Shown here: piece by piece, positions 39,920-53,007 of the stretch
Layout of the letters: every line of letters begins with the position of its first letter
Numbering within the stretch: position 1 is the first letter of the stretch
Position numbers and translations under genes: made by a program
Assembly: GCF_009914755.1 (NCBI RefSeq)
Contig: NC_060938.1
DNA from: the human T2T-CHM13v2.0 reference genome, Homo sapiens
DNA: 64,000 bases
Reading direction: 5' to 3' (one strand)
Notes under the pieces: generated by a model
What the model was told of the DNA's origin: nothing
Database searches by the model: none
What the model saw: the letters and a program-made list of their open reading frames with translations, nothing else

Positions 39920-39979
39920 GAGATCTCTATCTTTAATATTCCTCTTCCCTCCTGCTTAATTGAATGAGGAAGGGGCAGT

Positions 39980-40170
39980 GTCATACAATGGAAGGAGCAT
40001 AGTAACTCTAACATTAATAGGTTGTGTGGCCTTGAACAATTCACTCAACTGCTCTGAACTTTAGTGTGTCATCCATAAAATGGAGCTAACAGTGACTAGT
40101 TTGTTTTGAGAATGAGAACCAAGATGCGTAAAGTTCCTGACACAAAGCCAGGTGCCTAGTGGCCTTTAGT
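39980..40170 (+). mobile_element. MIR SINE
   Basis: TGTGTGGCCTTGAACAATTCACTCAACTGCTCTGAAC ... CATCCATAAAATGG. Confidence 0.7.
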
Positions 40171-40431
40171 TCTTATGACAGCTGCAGGACTACCTTTGTC
40201 ACTGTGCTTTTACGTCTCCTCCAGTGCCTGGTAAGAAGAGTTTATGTATATTTCACCTGTGTGAGTACAAGGCCCAACTTCTAACTGTTAATAAGAGACA
40301 ACTTTGCCTCCCTCACAGCTGGTACTTAAAGCGTCAAAGAATATCTACACTCCAGATACTTGTTAAGATAATTCAGTCAGAATCGACTGCAATCTAGCAC
40401 CTGCCAGAGGCTTGCTGAAGGCATCTGTTAC

Positions 40432-40692
40432 TTATTTATTGAGCACATGATTATATAACTCTTGTTTACTGTACACCCAGCACTGTTCTAGGAGTCTTAA
40501 GAATATTAACTTATTTAATTCTCACAACAAACCTGTGATATAGGTACTATCATCCCCATTTTACAGTTGAGAGAACTGAGGCACAGAGAGGGTAAGTAAC
40601 TTCCCCAAGATGACAGAGCTAGTAAGTGGTAGAGCAGCATTTGAACCTAGATGGTTTGGCTCCAGAGTTTGGGACCTTCACAACTATACTAT
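40432..40692 (-). mobile_element. MIR SINE, near full length
   Basis: CCCCATTTTACAGTTGAGAGAACTGAGGCACAGAGAGGGTAAGTAACTTCCCCAAG well-preserved core. Confidence 0.92.
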
Positions 40693-41689
40693 GTAAGAAA
40701 GACTGGCTAATCGTTATGTTCACCAGCCATTCTTCCAGATTCATCCAGTTCTTTCTCTGAGCTTAGTGAAATTATCAGAAAACAAGAGACCCAAACATGT
40801 GACTTCAGCACTCCCTTCCCCCTTCCAACAGCTTCATGACCATCCTTCAGTTCCTGAGTCACCTTTCTAGATGGATATTCTGTGTCTTCGACAAACTCCT
40901 GGTAGGAATTGTCTTCCATGTTATCCAACAGTTCTAACATGAAAACCCATGTATTAAAGTATCTAAACAAAGTGTGTTTCTGCATAGGACCTTTCCAGCT
41001 TTATTTGCTATGAAATGAAAATGATGAAGTCTGTTAGTTCCCTTTCTATGAATATTTTCATTGCTATTACTCTGGCTAACTTCTGTGCTCAGGTGTAGTC
41101 TCCAGTTCTGCCTAGATAGTTGCTGATATTTACTTTCTCTACTTCCTTTAGGGGGCATCTTTTCTGTTTTTATCCCTGATGGTTCTGTTTTCTTATTGAT
41201 TAATCTCATATAATGCCTCTGAATCTGTTGGATGCAGGGAAAGTATAAACCATAATCCAATAAGCAGCTTATGATGATTTTCTTACCATGTAAAATGTTT
41301 CAAGGTGTGTGGACTAAAGTAGAAGGAGATGAAAAAAATAATGATAAATTATATCATCTATTATGGATAGCTACCATTTGCTCATTGCTTACTTTGTACT
41401 GGCACTGTGCTAAGTGCATTACCTACATTATTGTTTCTTAATCCTCATGGACATGGCTAATAAATGACAGGGCTCTAATTCAAAACCAGGTCTTTCTGAC
41501 ATCAATGCCTGTCCTTGTAAACTACACTGTATATGAATTTGGCTCAGACACATATCTCACATTTTGCCCTAGTGAAACAAAGTGTATTTTCTCCTTTTGA
41601 CCTTGGGTGAAGAGAGTTGAATACAAGTCTTTCCATTTGTAACACACTGTCATCAGTAGCACAAGGCCTCCCTGGTTTTATTTATTTTT

Positions 41690-42280
41690 CCCTTCATCCC
41701 TAATTATATCTTCAATGGCCTTTCCCTAGAGATACCCATTACAATAGCTTTTATATATATCTTTAAAAATGCATATACCCTTGTAAGATATGTAACATGC
41801 TTTTCTTGTTATTTATTTAAAATTTATTTTACTGGCAGCATGCTGTATATCTTAATGCATTTTTTTACCTTTTCCATTCAACACTGTTTATAAGATCTTT
41901 CATGTTGCTATGTTTTCATTTAGTTGGTTTTCTGTAACTGCTGCATAGCATTTCTCTGTATGCATCCACCACATCTTTGCATCTGTTCCTCTAGTGCTAA
42001 AACTCTGCTTCAATTCCACAATTACCAATAGTGTGGTGTGTGGCCCTGAGCAAAAATTGCTTGGGGATATATTCCCAAAAGTGGTGTTCCTGAGTTATAG
42101 GGCAAATAATGCTTAATCACACCAAATACTTTCAGATTGCTTTCCAGAAGGGCTGTACCAGTTCAGATTACCACCAGCCATGCACAAGAAAAATTTCTAA
42201 ACTGTCTCTATTCTTGACAATACTTGGCATTATCACCTTTGTACTCATTGCCATTTGACACGTATAAAATTGTATTTCAT
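41690..42280 (-). mobile_element. L1ME-type 3' fragment
   Basis: Reverse L1ME 3' motifs (TCTGTAACTGCTGCATAGCATT, CAGATTGCTTTCCAGAAGGGCTGTACCAGTT). Confidence 0.75.
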
Positions 42281-43532
42281 AAGTAAAGTTCTTCTGCAAG
42301 TTTGGAAAAAGTTGATTTGGACTTGAACATGCCACTAAGGCTGCTTAAAATGTCTTAGATGGGATGCTGATTGAGTGAATGCAGAGGCAGAGGAGGAGCA
42401 GGCTCTCATTTGAGCCCTCCTTGCAATTGGTTTATGTGTCTCTTATGACAACTAACATTGTTTTGCAATATGCAGTGATTATTTGTGTACTTGTCTGCAG
42501 CGAGCACCTTTTGGATTGTAAATTGCATCTTTCTTCCTTACCTGTGTATGCCCTCAATGCTTTGCTTGTTGCAAGACTCCAGTAAGTGTTTTCTGAAATA
42601 AATTGTCTGATCTCTCGAAGGTCCTGCCTGACAATAAGGGGCCATTGGCTATGAAAGGGTGGTAGGATCTAGGAGTGGAAAGTCACAGATGATTATTTTC
42701 TATTCTAATAGGGTGATCGGTTTATTTTTTTCTTTTCTTGACTGTTTTCCTCCCTACTTTAACCAGAGGTGCTTGCATTAGGATAGATGAACTATATGAA
42801 ACTGCTCTGGTAAAACCAAACTTTTGAACATACTGGATTTTTCCCCCTAAATTGACAACTAAAAATCATGCCATGCTATTGACTCATTGTCCTCTTCAGT
42901 AATCTTCTGGTTGGGATTGGGAAGGGAAATTTCCAGAACTACAAACACTTCTCTTAGGGACTCAGGTCCCAACCTTGCTGGGCAGAGTGCATGATGTGTT
43001 TCATAATGCATGAGTGTTTATTTAACAAACAGCAACACTTTTTAATTAAACTGTTGTTGAAGATACAGACTGTATAACCTTTCTCCAAGGCCTGGATGCT
43101 CACTGGCCCTTCCAAGATGCTGACCCCTCGCTAGCTGCAGGCCTCTGGGGCAGTACATGCTGTGAGAGTTATTACAAGCCAGCTGGATTAGAGGGCCACC
43201 TCTCTTGAATCATTCAGAAGCTGAAGTGCAGGCTCTGGGATGGAGAGTTTCTCAATATGCCAAAGCTATTGGAATGCAGGCAGGTCTGGAGACACTTAGC
43301 TGGAACCTGGGGGAAAAGAGTGTTCAAGATAACTTCATAGAGGAAATTCCCTACCGCTTTTGGCTTTAAAGGATAATCATTGGTTCTTGCTGGTCTTGTA
43401 CTACTATTTCCTGAGCTACTCTGAAATAGAATTGCTTTTAGGTTTCAGGTCTTCATTTATAGAGCTATATCCCTAAAAGATTAGATACGTCTCAGGGATG
43501 TTTTTCAGGATGCTTTTTCGCATCATGGTGAT

Positions 43533-43928
43533 TGTATTAGTCAGGTTAGACTTGATTATGCTGCAGTAATACATTACTTCCCAAATTTTAGTGACTTAGA
43601 ACAGCATAGCTTTACTTCTTATTCATATTACATGTTTAACACTGGGTAACAGTGGGGCTATGCTTATCTTGGACGTTCAGGGACCTATACGCTCAGAAGC
43701 TTGGCTGCTTTTTGATGTGACCATCTCGACATGAGTCTTTAGGGTTTTCTACAGCAGAGAAAGAACAAGAAATAAATTGTCTCTTAAATGTTCTTACCAT
43801 TTTCATTGGCCAAAGCAGGTCACATGATCATGCTTACCTATAACTTTGTAGAGAACTGTAATTTTTCTGTCTTCTCAGAGAGAAAAGAGGACTGGAAATG
43901 ACAGAGAATATGAATAACATATACCACA
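43533..43928 (-). mobile_element. MLT1K/J-type MaLR solo LTR
   Basis: TGTATTAGTCAGG start, TTTCATTGGCCAAAGCAGGTCACATG, ACCACA end. Confidence 0.75.
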
Positions 43929-44497
43929 GTTTCATTGGGCATGAGAAAATGGTGATACTTTGATAGATCTCAGAAAATTACATACACTCAGCACCATATA
44001 CATGCCCTTGAAGAGAAGAGACCATAGACTCTTAAAAATGTAAGTATCTCAGAGGAGATTTTGGCCAGTGAATCCAAATTATACAGCTTGGAAGTCTACA
44101 GGTTTATGCCATAGGGGACACAGAGGGGAAAATGAGGAACTAAGATGGGAATCTTGCCCACACATCTCCTTCAAACAGGGCAGTATAGGAAAGCATATAC
44201 TTCCAAAATGATATGATTTTCAGTCCTACTCTACCTCGAACACTCTTCCTGGAACATACTCCAATTTGTCATCGGCTCCTCTTAAATTCAGCACTCAGTC
44301 ATGAAAATGTTCTTTCATACCTGGTCTCATCAGTGTAGAGGCCAGAAGACCTGTTGGTTTTCCTTGCTTTGGATTTGTTATTTTGGCAATTAACGTTTCT
44401 GACAATCATACTATACCTTTGACTCATTATAAGCCTCATGTGGGTTTCTCTACTCCAAGGAGGCATAGGAGTTTAAAATAGGAAAACAGTAGTACGT

Positions 44498-45380
<883 letters not shown>

Positions 45381-45529
45381 GAAATTTGTGCTAGAGGAAA
45401 ATCCTTAAGACTCTTGAAAGCCATTTTGTCTAACAAAGAGTGTAAATAAGATATGGCCTTAACGATCCTAAGTAATTTTTCTAGTTAAGAAATAACTGTA
45501 ATCAGTTGAGTGTTTTTCCACTTTATGTG

Positions 45530-45916
45530 ACTTCAGTTGAGGCTGCAATCATTTGGTGTCTGGATGAGATGGGACATCCAAGGTACCTCATTCACATAAA
45601 TAGCTGGCAGTTGATGAGATAACTCAGCCAGAGAGAACCTATGCATGATCTCTCCATGTGACCAAGGCTTCTCACAGGATGGCAACTGGGTTCCAAGAAG
45701 GGCTATCTGAAGAAAAACTATTCTTAGAAAACCAGGCAGAAAAAATAAAATTTCTTATGACCTAGCTTCAGGAGTCATTCATTGTCACTTTTGCTATATT
45801 TTGTTGATCAAAAGCAAGGCAAAGGGCTCTCCAATATTCATCGATTAGGGGACTACACAAAGGGAAATATTAGGAGTCATGGTTTATTGGGGGGCTATCT
45901 TTGGAGACAAGCTACC
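45530..45916 (-). mobile_element. MLT1H-type LTR fragment
   Basis: GCTGGCAGTTGATG, GGCTTCTCACAGGATGGCAACTGGGTTCC, TTATGACCTAGCTTCAGGAGTC. Confidence 0.7.
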
Positions 45917-47169
45917 TTGATGGATAGAGAAATGATAACGGAAATAGGTTTGATGAAAAACGTGGTTAATCTGAATTGCAGTAGGTCTGATGGTTGGTTG
46001 GCAAGTTGTCCTTATTCTGGTGTATGGGTGAAGGGAATAAGCAGTGAGTTAGCTCTTACCTAGATCCATCCCCTAGAAAGTAACTGTGTCCAGTTATCAA
46101 TGGGCAGGGCTTGCTGGGCGTTAAGCACAGGTAACCTCTAGTCTTTTACTATGTTTCTGCGACAGTGGCATAAAACAGCTTTTTAATGAGACCTACTGAG
46201 ATGCACTGACAGATCTCTTCCTTTCCTTTTGTGTCTAGCCCATCCACCTTCATGTAAATGATTTATCAAGAAATAAGACCTAGGATTTTGAGATGGGTAC
46301 ATAAGAGCAAAAGAGAACTAGGATGAGATCATTCTCTTTTGCCTGCCCTTCAGCATTCTCAATGCAAGCAGGTTGGGGTTCTAAAGGAAGAGCAGGGATG
46401 ACTGGAACCCTATAGCAGTGAGTCTGAGGAATGGGATCATGGGGGACCCAGAAGGAGGAAGCAGAACTGGAAGATGTTTCCATTCTGTGAAAGTGGCTTT
46501 TGGCTTTGAGGCAGCAACAGTAATATTTCATGTCTTCCGTGGTGTCTCCTACCTTTAAATGTCAGTCTCTGCAGCTGCCTTATCTCCTGTAGCACATTTC
46601 AATTAGGTATTCCAAATTATACTCTTTTCTTCCAGGACAAATATGCCAGAGGTGATATTTACTGTTACAGCAGCATTTAAAATACTTAGGGGGAAAAAAT
46701 CCTAGTGAATAGCAATTTCTCCCTTATAATAATAATAAAGCACAATAATAATGGAGAGAGGAGGTGAATTCTGGCTTTGATGCCAATAACTGGCTGACTT
46801 AAAGTGAACATCTTTTGTCTCCGCCCTCTTTTGTCCCCCTCCTCCTATTCCCGCCTCAGTGTGAAGGTTATAGTGTTTGGCTCTGTCAAGAGCAACCTCA
46901 CACATCTTCTTCACTGGAGGCTCACAAATGCTCCTCAGAATGTCTATTTAACTATCTCTAGGTAGGACTGGGCTCTGACTGGGCTCCTACTTCACCCATT
47001 ACCTGTTTCTTCCTTTGTCCTGAGAATGTTTGCATGAAGCCAGAATCTCTGTTTGTTTAGAAATTTACCAGGCACCACTGCTTACTCCTCACCTATGGGA
47101 CATTGTAGGTCCTGATGGAACACCCCGGCCTCCTCTCTAGGAGGTATATGGGTTAGAAACTTATGTATT

Positions 47170-47740
47170 GTACCTTTCCTTCTTGGAATCAAGTCCTTGG
47201 CCTGGTAATGAAGGTCCTTCGATCTGGTCTGCATTTTCCAGCTCCATCTCCTACTAATCTTTATATCCTTATCTACTGTTTCCCTAGGCTGTTGTCTTCA
47301 CGGCCGCCATGGTAGGTTTTGCCTATCATCCCAAACCTTGTGCAGGCCTACCACAGTACTTGACATATGGTGGGGGTCTCAGTCAGTATTCTCCCCTATA
47401 TTTAGAACCCTTCCACTAGATCTTGTCTTCATATTTTTGATTCCTGCTCAGGGATCAGATTATGTTCCATGTCCTCCACTGAGCCTTTTCTGACCTCCTC
47501 AGCGCACTCAGTGCCGTTCCCTCTCTGAATTTCTAAAGTGCTCAGCAGCAGCAGCACTCATTTGGCACTTGGTATATACTATCTTATGCTATTTTGTATG
47601 ACCATATGTTGTCTATACAACTACATTATAAGCACCTGATAGGGATAACTGTGCCCTGTGTGTTTTTCCTATCCCTTTGATTCTAAGATAGTTCCTTGAA
47701 CATTGAAGATGCTCAGTTAATATTCATTTATTAAGTAGAT
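47170..47740 (+). mobile_element. L2 LINE 3' fragment
   Basis: AAGTCCTTGGCCTGG ... GATCTGG; GAGCCTTTTCTGACC; GATGCTCAGTTAATATT. Confidence 0.65.
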
Positions 47741-48059
47741 AGATCAAGGAGTAAATGAAAGCAAGGATCCTAAGAAGCCTGCCTTTTGGTGCCAATCTAT
47801 TCAATTTGGAATTCACAAACTTACCTAAAACAAGGCCTTTCAATTTCCTGTTTCCCCTGTAAACAGAGCTCTACCACCAGGATTTCTCAGAAGCTCTTTC
47901 TCCACACTGAACCCTAAAACTGAAGGTTCAGGTAGAGAGCTTTTCCAGTGTGAGAGAATTTTTAAAGCATCTGGGGTTTGGCACATCCAGTGCTTTGAAA
48001 ATCAAGGTGTCTTGATCATTGGGTGAAGGGGATTAGAACAGCAGGCTGTGTTTTCAAGT

Positions 48060-48270
48060 TCAAGTCCATAAGCAGACAGGAATAGAATCCCACAAGAGTT
48101 TGTTCTGTCTCTGCCATTTACTAGTTAATCTCTCTATGCCTCAATTTCCCCATTTGTAAAATGGATTTAATAATGGCTGTCTACCTTATAAGGTTGCTAT
48201 GAGGTGCCAGTGTGATAATAAACGTAAAAGTACTTTGAATATTGCAAAACACTGTATGAATGTCAGGAAT
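48060..48270 (+). mobile_element. MIR SINE
   Basis: TCTCTATGCCTCAATTTCCCCATTTGTAAAATGG core. Confidence 0.8.
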
Positions 48271-50701
48271 TAGGCAGGCAACAACTATTTCTTGGGGGTT
48301 TGTTCTGCATGTAGCCCTGCACTATGTGTAGATAGAGGCCTCTGTACATTACAGAAGACTGGCAGAGGCATTGGGGATTCATCATGGCTGGAATTCTGGT
48401 TCTCAGATAGATGAAAGCTGGAAAAAGTATTATAGCCTAGCAATCACATCTGAAAGGTTGGCAGCAACAATTGAGTCAGAGAAGACGGGAGGTGAAGTAT
48501 TGGCAAAAATTTGACCCTGGTCATTCTTTGAACACTTCAGATTTCCACAGATTCTATCCCTTTAACATTTCTGAACGTTATGATTTTGCTTCCTCCCCAC
48601 ACTGGCAGCTCTGCCTCAATGAAACCGTGTTGCTTTTTTGGTTGATCAATTGTGCCCAACTTCCTGATCATACTTGTCCTGAGAGCCTGTGTTAAGCTCA
48701 TGCCGGCTCTCCCACCCCGCCCCCAACGCCGGCCAAAAAAAAGACTCTCTAAAAACAGGTGCCCCCGATGATCTCACACTGCTGCTGGCATTGGCAGCAG
48801 CCCAGAAGGGCCAAATGGTGACTTCAGGTCCAGGGAGGCTACTGTCCTCAGCTCTGTTTTCATGTAAATGTCGCTCCTGCTGAAAGGAAGTGGATGCAAA
48901 AAAATATCTGCTATGGAAGCAGAACTACCCCAGACTAAAATGTTGGTTTTTTTTTTTTTCTCTCCCCCTTTTCTTTTCCTTCAAGTTTTCCATGTGGCAT
49001 CAGCAGCTGAGTAAGGGAAAGCTAAGAGGTTTAAGTGTGCTGGGGCTGGGTGGGCTAGATTAATAACCCAAAGCCTTCCAAGCTGGCGGTGCTGGGTGAG
49101 ACAGGCCAACCAGAAAGCGTTAGGTTATGGGGAGCCCTGGCCACAGAGCCAGACCCTACCAGGGTGGAAGGTGAAGGAGCAGCGAGCTCTGCGTGCTTGC
49201 CCCGAGCCCCCACCTTCCTTCCTTCCTCCTCCCTCTGGTTTCTTTCCTCCCATTTTATCGAGTCCCTCTGAGATGGCTGCGCACCAGTGGCTCCAGCCTC
49301 TGACCGTTGCTGCCCTCTGCTGGGAAGAAAGCTTTACTCGGTGTGGAAAGTGCTAAGCTCTACCAGGGACCAGCTTAATGCAGACCAAGTCCACAGTCTG
49401 TGGCTAGTGTGTGATTTGGCCCAGAGGAAGGAAGGACAATTCAGAAAACCCTTGCACCACAGTGTTTCCCTAGTGGTTTCAGGTGGGGGCAGGACTTTGG
49501 AATCTATTAGGGAAGGATTGCTTGAATCCTCAGAGTTCTCTGTTCAAGAGGAACATCCCTGGGAGAGGAGCCTCCTGGCTCCTCTTTACCTGGGTCAGAC
49601 ATGATGTATGGAGACTCCACCATGGATGACCCTTAAATATGATGGATGGCTTTAGTTACAGGACACAATTCTTTCTCAAGGGAAGGTGACCAAAAGAAGT
49701 TGGGTCTTGAAGGGGCTGCAGGATGGGCCTGGAAGTCTCTTGGCTCTAAAGGAACCATCATAGAATGGGGATTCTGAGCAACCAGGAAGCAGCAGAAAAA
49801 TATGCAAAGCCAGATGGGAGTGGGGAATATTGCCCATTAATGGGCAAGAGTACATAGAAAGGTAGATAATAAACTGGCTTCACCACTTCTCAACTTTCCC
49901 CAGAGCTGGCTGTGCCAGTAAACTGTGCTCAGCTGGCTTTGGATGAGAGAAGGACAAGAGGGTGCCTATCTCCAGCATGGCTGTGGGGTCGCCCTGCTCC
50001 ATCTCTGGATCTTCAGCCTAGAGTGCAGCCCAGCCAAACAAGAGCGATGACCTCACTGACCACATGTAATTCTGCTTGAGGGATTTATTTTCTTCCATGA
50101 GCTCCTGCCAAGACTCTTGGTTAAAGCTAATGGGGCTCCCCCAGCCAGTGAGTGTCTCCTAGTTATATGTGTAAACAACGCCAGGCAGGAAATAGGTTTC
50201 CTGTTCTTAATGGGCTTGTTAAACCTCTTATCGAGTGGGGTTTAAATGGCTTTATTATGAATAATAATAATAGTAAATAAACATTATTATTATTAGTAGT
50301 AGAAAAATTATGATGTCAGCCCTGACTACCCCTTCTCATTTTAATCTTGCCAACGTGGAGGTCTTTGGCCTCTAAGTGCACAGGAATATGGTGAGTGACA
50401 CTGGGACTTATAACTGGAGAAGATGGCAGAATTCATCTTCGTTGCCTGCAGCTTTCCAATCCTGAGCCCTTTTCCACTTTCATCGTGTTTCCATCTCCAT
50501 CATTCCTTTCATTCAGGGTTTTCATGATCTTATTCTATCAGAGAAGATAGAACTACACATCCCTCTCCTTCTCAGTTTTATTTAGCATTGAAAGCCATGG
50601 ACAGAGGTTCTGAGGTTAAATTGAGGTATCGGGTAGAGGGGATTTTGGAGAGAGCAGTGGATGCTGGTAGGGGAGCTCAGTTGGAAGTGGGGCTCATGTT
50701 C

Positions 50702-51064
50702 TGATCTTCAGTGCCGAATGTCTGTGTCCCTCCCTCAGATTTACATGTTGAAACGTAATCACCAATGTGATGGTATTAGGAGGGGGGCCTTTTGGGAGGT
50801 TAGTAAGTCATGAGTGCTTTGGGATTAGTGCTCTTATAAAATAGGCCCAAGGGAGCTTGTTCACCCCTTCCACCATGGAAAGACAGAAGAAGAACTAGAA
50901 GCCACCATCTATGAACCAGGAGGTAGCCCTCACCTGATGCCAAATCTTCCAGCACCTTAATCTTGGACTTCCAAGCCCCCAGAATTGTCAGATACAAATT
51001 TTTGTTGTTTATAAGCTACCCAGTTTATGGCATTTTGTTGTAGCCACCTGAACAGATTGAGATA
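50702..51064 (+). mobile_element. MLT1A0-type MaLR solo LTR
   Basis: GAATGTCTGTGTCCC ... GGGATTAGTGCTCTTATAAAA ... TCTTGGACTTCC ... GTTTATAAGCTACCCAGT. Confidence 0.88.
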
Positions 51065-51518
51065 TCCAGTTTATAGCTGGAACTGGAGGTATACCAGGTA
51101 TCCCAGACTTTGGTAATTTATGTATCAGGTTCACTATTTTCACCATAACTCCCTACAACAGTATTGATTTTCTTTACACCGATTATCTTGTTTGACTTAA
51201 GTAGATTTGGCATCATCTTACAAGCAATATGTCTTTGAAATCCTGGGTTCAATGTGTTAGCCAGGTTTTTTACTGACTGCATATTGAAATGAATATCTAA
51301 GAGCTAAATATTTTTTCCTAAAGTTCATCATGTGGCAAATGTGTCACACCCTCCAGGGAAAACATACCACAACATCTGGAGACACTGCTATAGGGTAGTG
51401 GTTCTTAAACTTTAGTGGGCATGAGAAACACTGGCAGAGCTTCTACCAGAAACACTGGTAGATAGCTGTGCTCTTCCCCAGAGAATCTGATTCAGCAGGT
51501 CTGTGGTGGGAAATATGA

Positions 51519-51834
<316 letters not shown>

Positions 51835-52130
51835 TTTTCTTTATTTTTTGAGACAGAGTCTCATTCTGTCACCCAGGCTGGAGTGCAGCAGCGTGGTCTC
51901 GGCTCACTGCAAGCTCCGCCTCCCGGGTTCACGCCATTCTCCTGCCTCAGCCTTCTGAGTAGCTGGGACTACAGGTGCCCACTACCACGCCCAGCTAATT
52001 TTTTGTATTTTTAGTAGAGACGGGGTTTCACCATGTTAGCAAGGGTGGTCTCAATCTCCTGACCTCGTGATCCACCCATCTCGGCCTCCCAAAGTGCTGG
52101 GATTACAGGGGTGAGCCACCGCGTCCGGCC
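51835..52130 (-). mobile_element. AluY, full length
   Basis: TGCAAGCTCCG, TTCACGCCATTC, GACCTCGTGATCC; flanking repeat GCCTTTT(C/A)TTT. Confidence 0.95.
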
Positions 52131-52133
52131 GCC

Positions 52134-52391
52134 TTTTATTTTTTTTTGAGATGGAGTCTCCCTCTGTCACCCAGGCTGGAGTGCAGTGGCACAATCTCAG
52201 CTCACTGCAACCTCCACCTTCTGGGTTCAAGCAATTCTGCTTCAGCCTTCAAGTAGCTGAGACTACAGGCACCCGCCCCCACACCCAGCTAATTTTTGTA
52301 TTTTTAGTAGAGATGGGGTTTGACCATGCTGGCCAGGCTGGTCTCAAACTCCTGATCTCAAGTGATCTACCCGCCTCGGCCTCCCAAAGTG
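52134..52391 (-). mobile_element. AluSx/Sz, 5'-truncated
   Basis: TGCAACCTCC, GGCCAGGCTGGTCTC, TCAAGTGATC; ends CCCAAAGTG. Confidence 0.92.
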
Positions 52392-52395
52392 TCCA

Positions 52396-52465
52396 GAACT
52401 CCTAGACTCAAGCGATCCTCCTGCCTCAGCCTCCTGAGTAGCTGCGACTACGGGCTTGCACCCGG
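52396..52465 (-). mobile_element. FRAM/FLAM/AluJ monomer fragment
   Basis: GAACTCCTAGACTCAAGCGATCCTCCTGCCTCAGCCTCCTGAGTAGCTG. Confidence 0.8.
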
Positions 52466-52644
52466 AAACTGCAGTTCTAACAGTTGCTCAAGAGATGTTG
52501 ATATCCAGGGGCCACACTGGCAGTGGCACTGGCCTGGAGAATAAGGGCCTGTTCTCCATTTCCACATGTGAAAATTTCCTCATTTGAAAATGGGGATAAT
52601 GTGTGCTGTATAAAATGAAATAATTTTTTCTTGGTGCCAATCTG

Positions 52645-53007
52645 TCTATGCAATGGAATGTTTGTGTCTCCCCAAAATTCACATGTGGAAGCCCTAACTG
52701 CCAATGTGATATTAGGAGATAGAGCCTTTGGGAGGTAATTAGATCATAAGGGTGAGGTCCTTAGAATGAAATCCATGCCCTTAGAAAAAGGACCCCAGAG
52801 AGTTCCCTCACCCTCTTTCTGCCATGTCAGGATACAATGAGAAGTAAGAAGTCTGCAGTACAGAAGAGGGCTATCACCAGAAGCTGACCATGCTGGCACC
52901 ATAATCTTAGACTTCCAGAATGCAGTACTGTGAGAAATAAATTTCTATTGTTTATAAGCCACCCAGTCTATGGTACTTAGTTATAGAAGCCCAGATGGAG
53001 TAAGCCA
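52645..53007 (+). mobile_element. MLT1A-type MaLR solo LTR
   Basis: GAATGTTTGTGTCTCCCCAAAATTCAC ... GTGAGAAATAAATTTCT ... TAAGCCA; probable TSD ATCTG/ACCTG. Confidence 0.9.

Noticed and set aside
48690-49350. Canonical CpG island promoter
   Set aside because: CpG density is only modestly raised by eye; kept as an enhancer candidate instead
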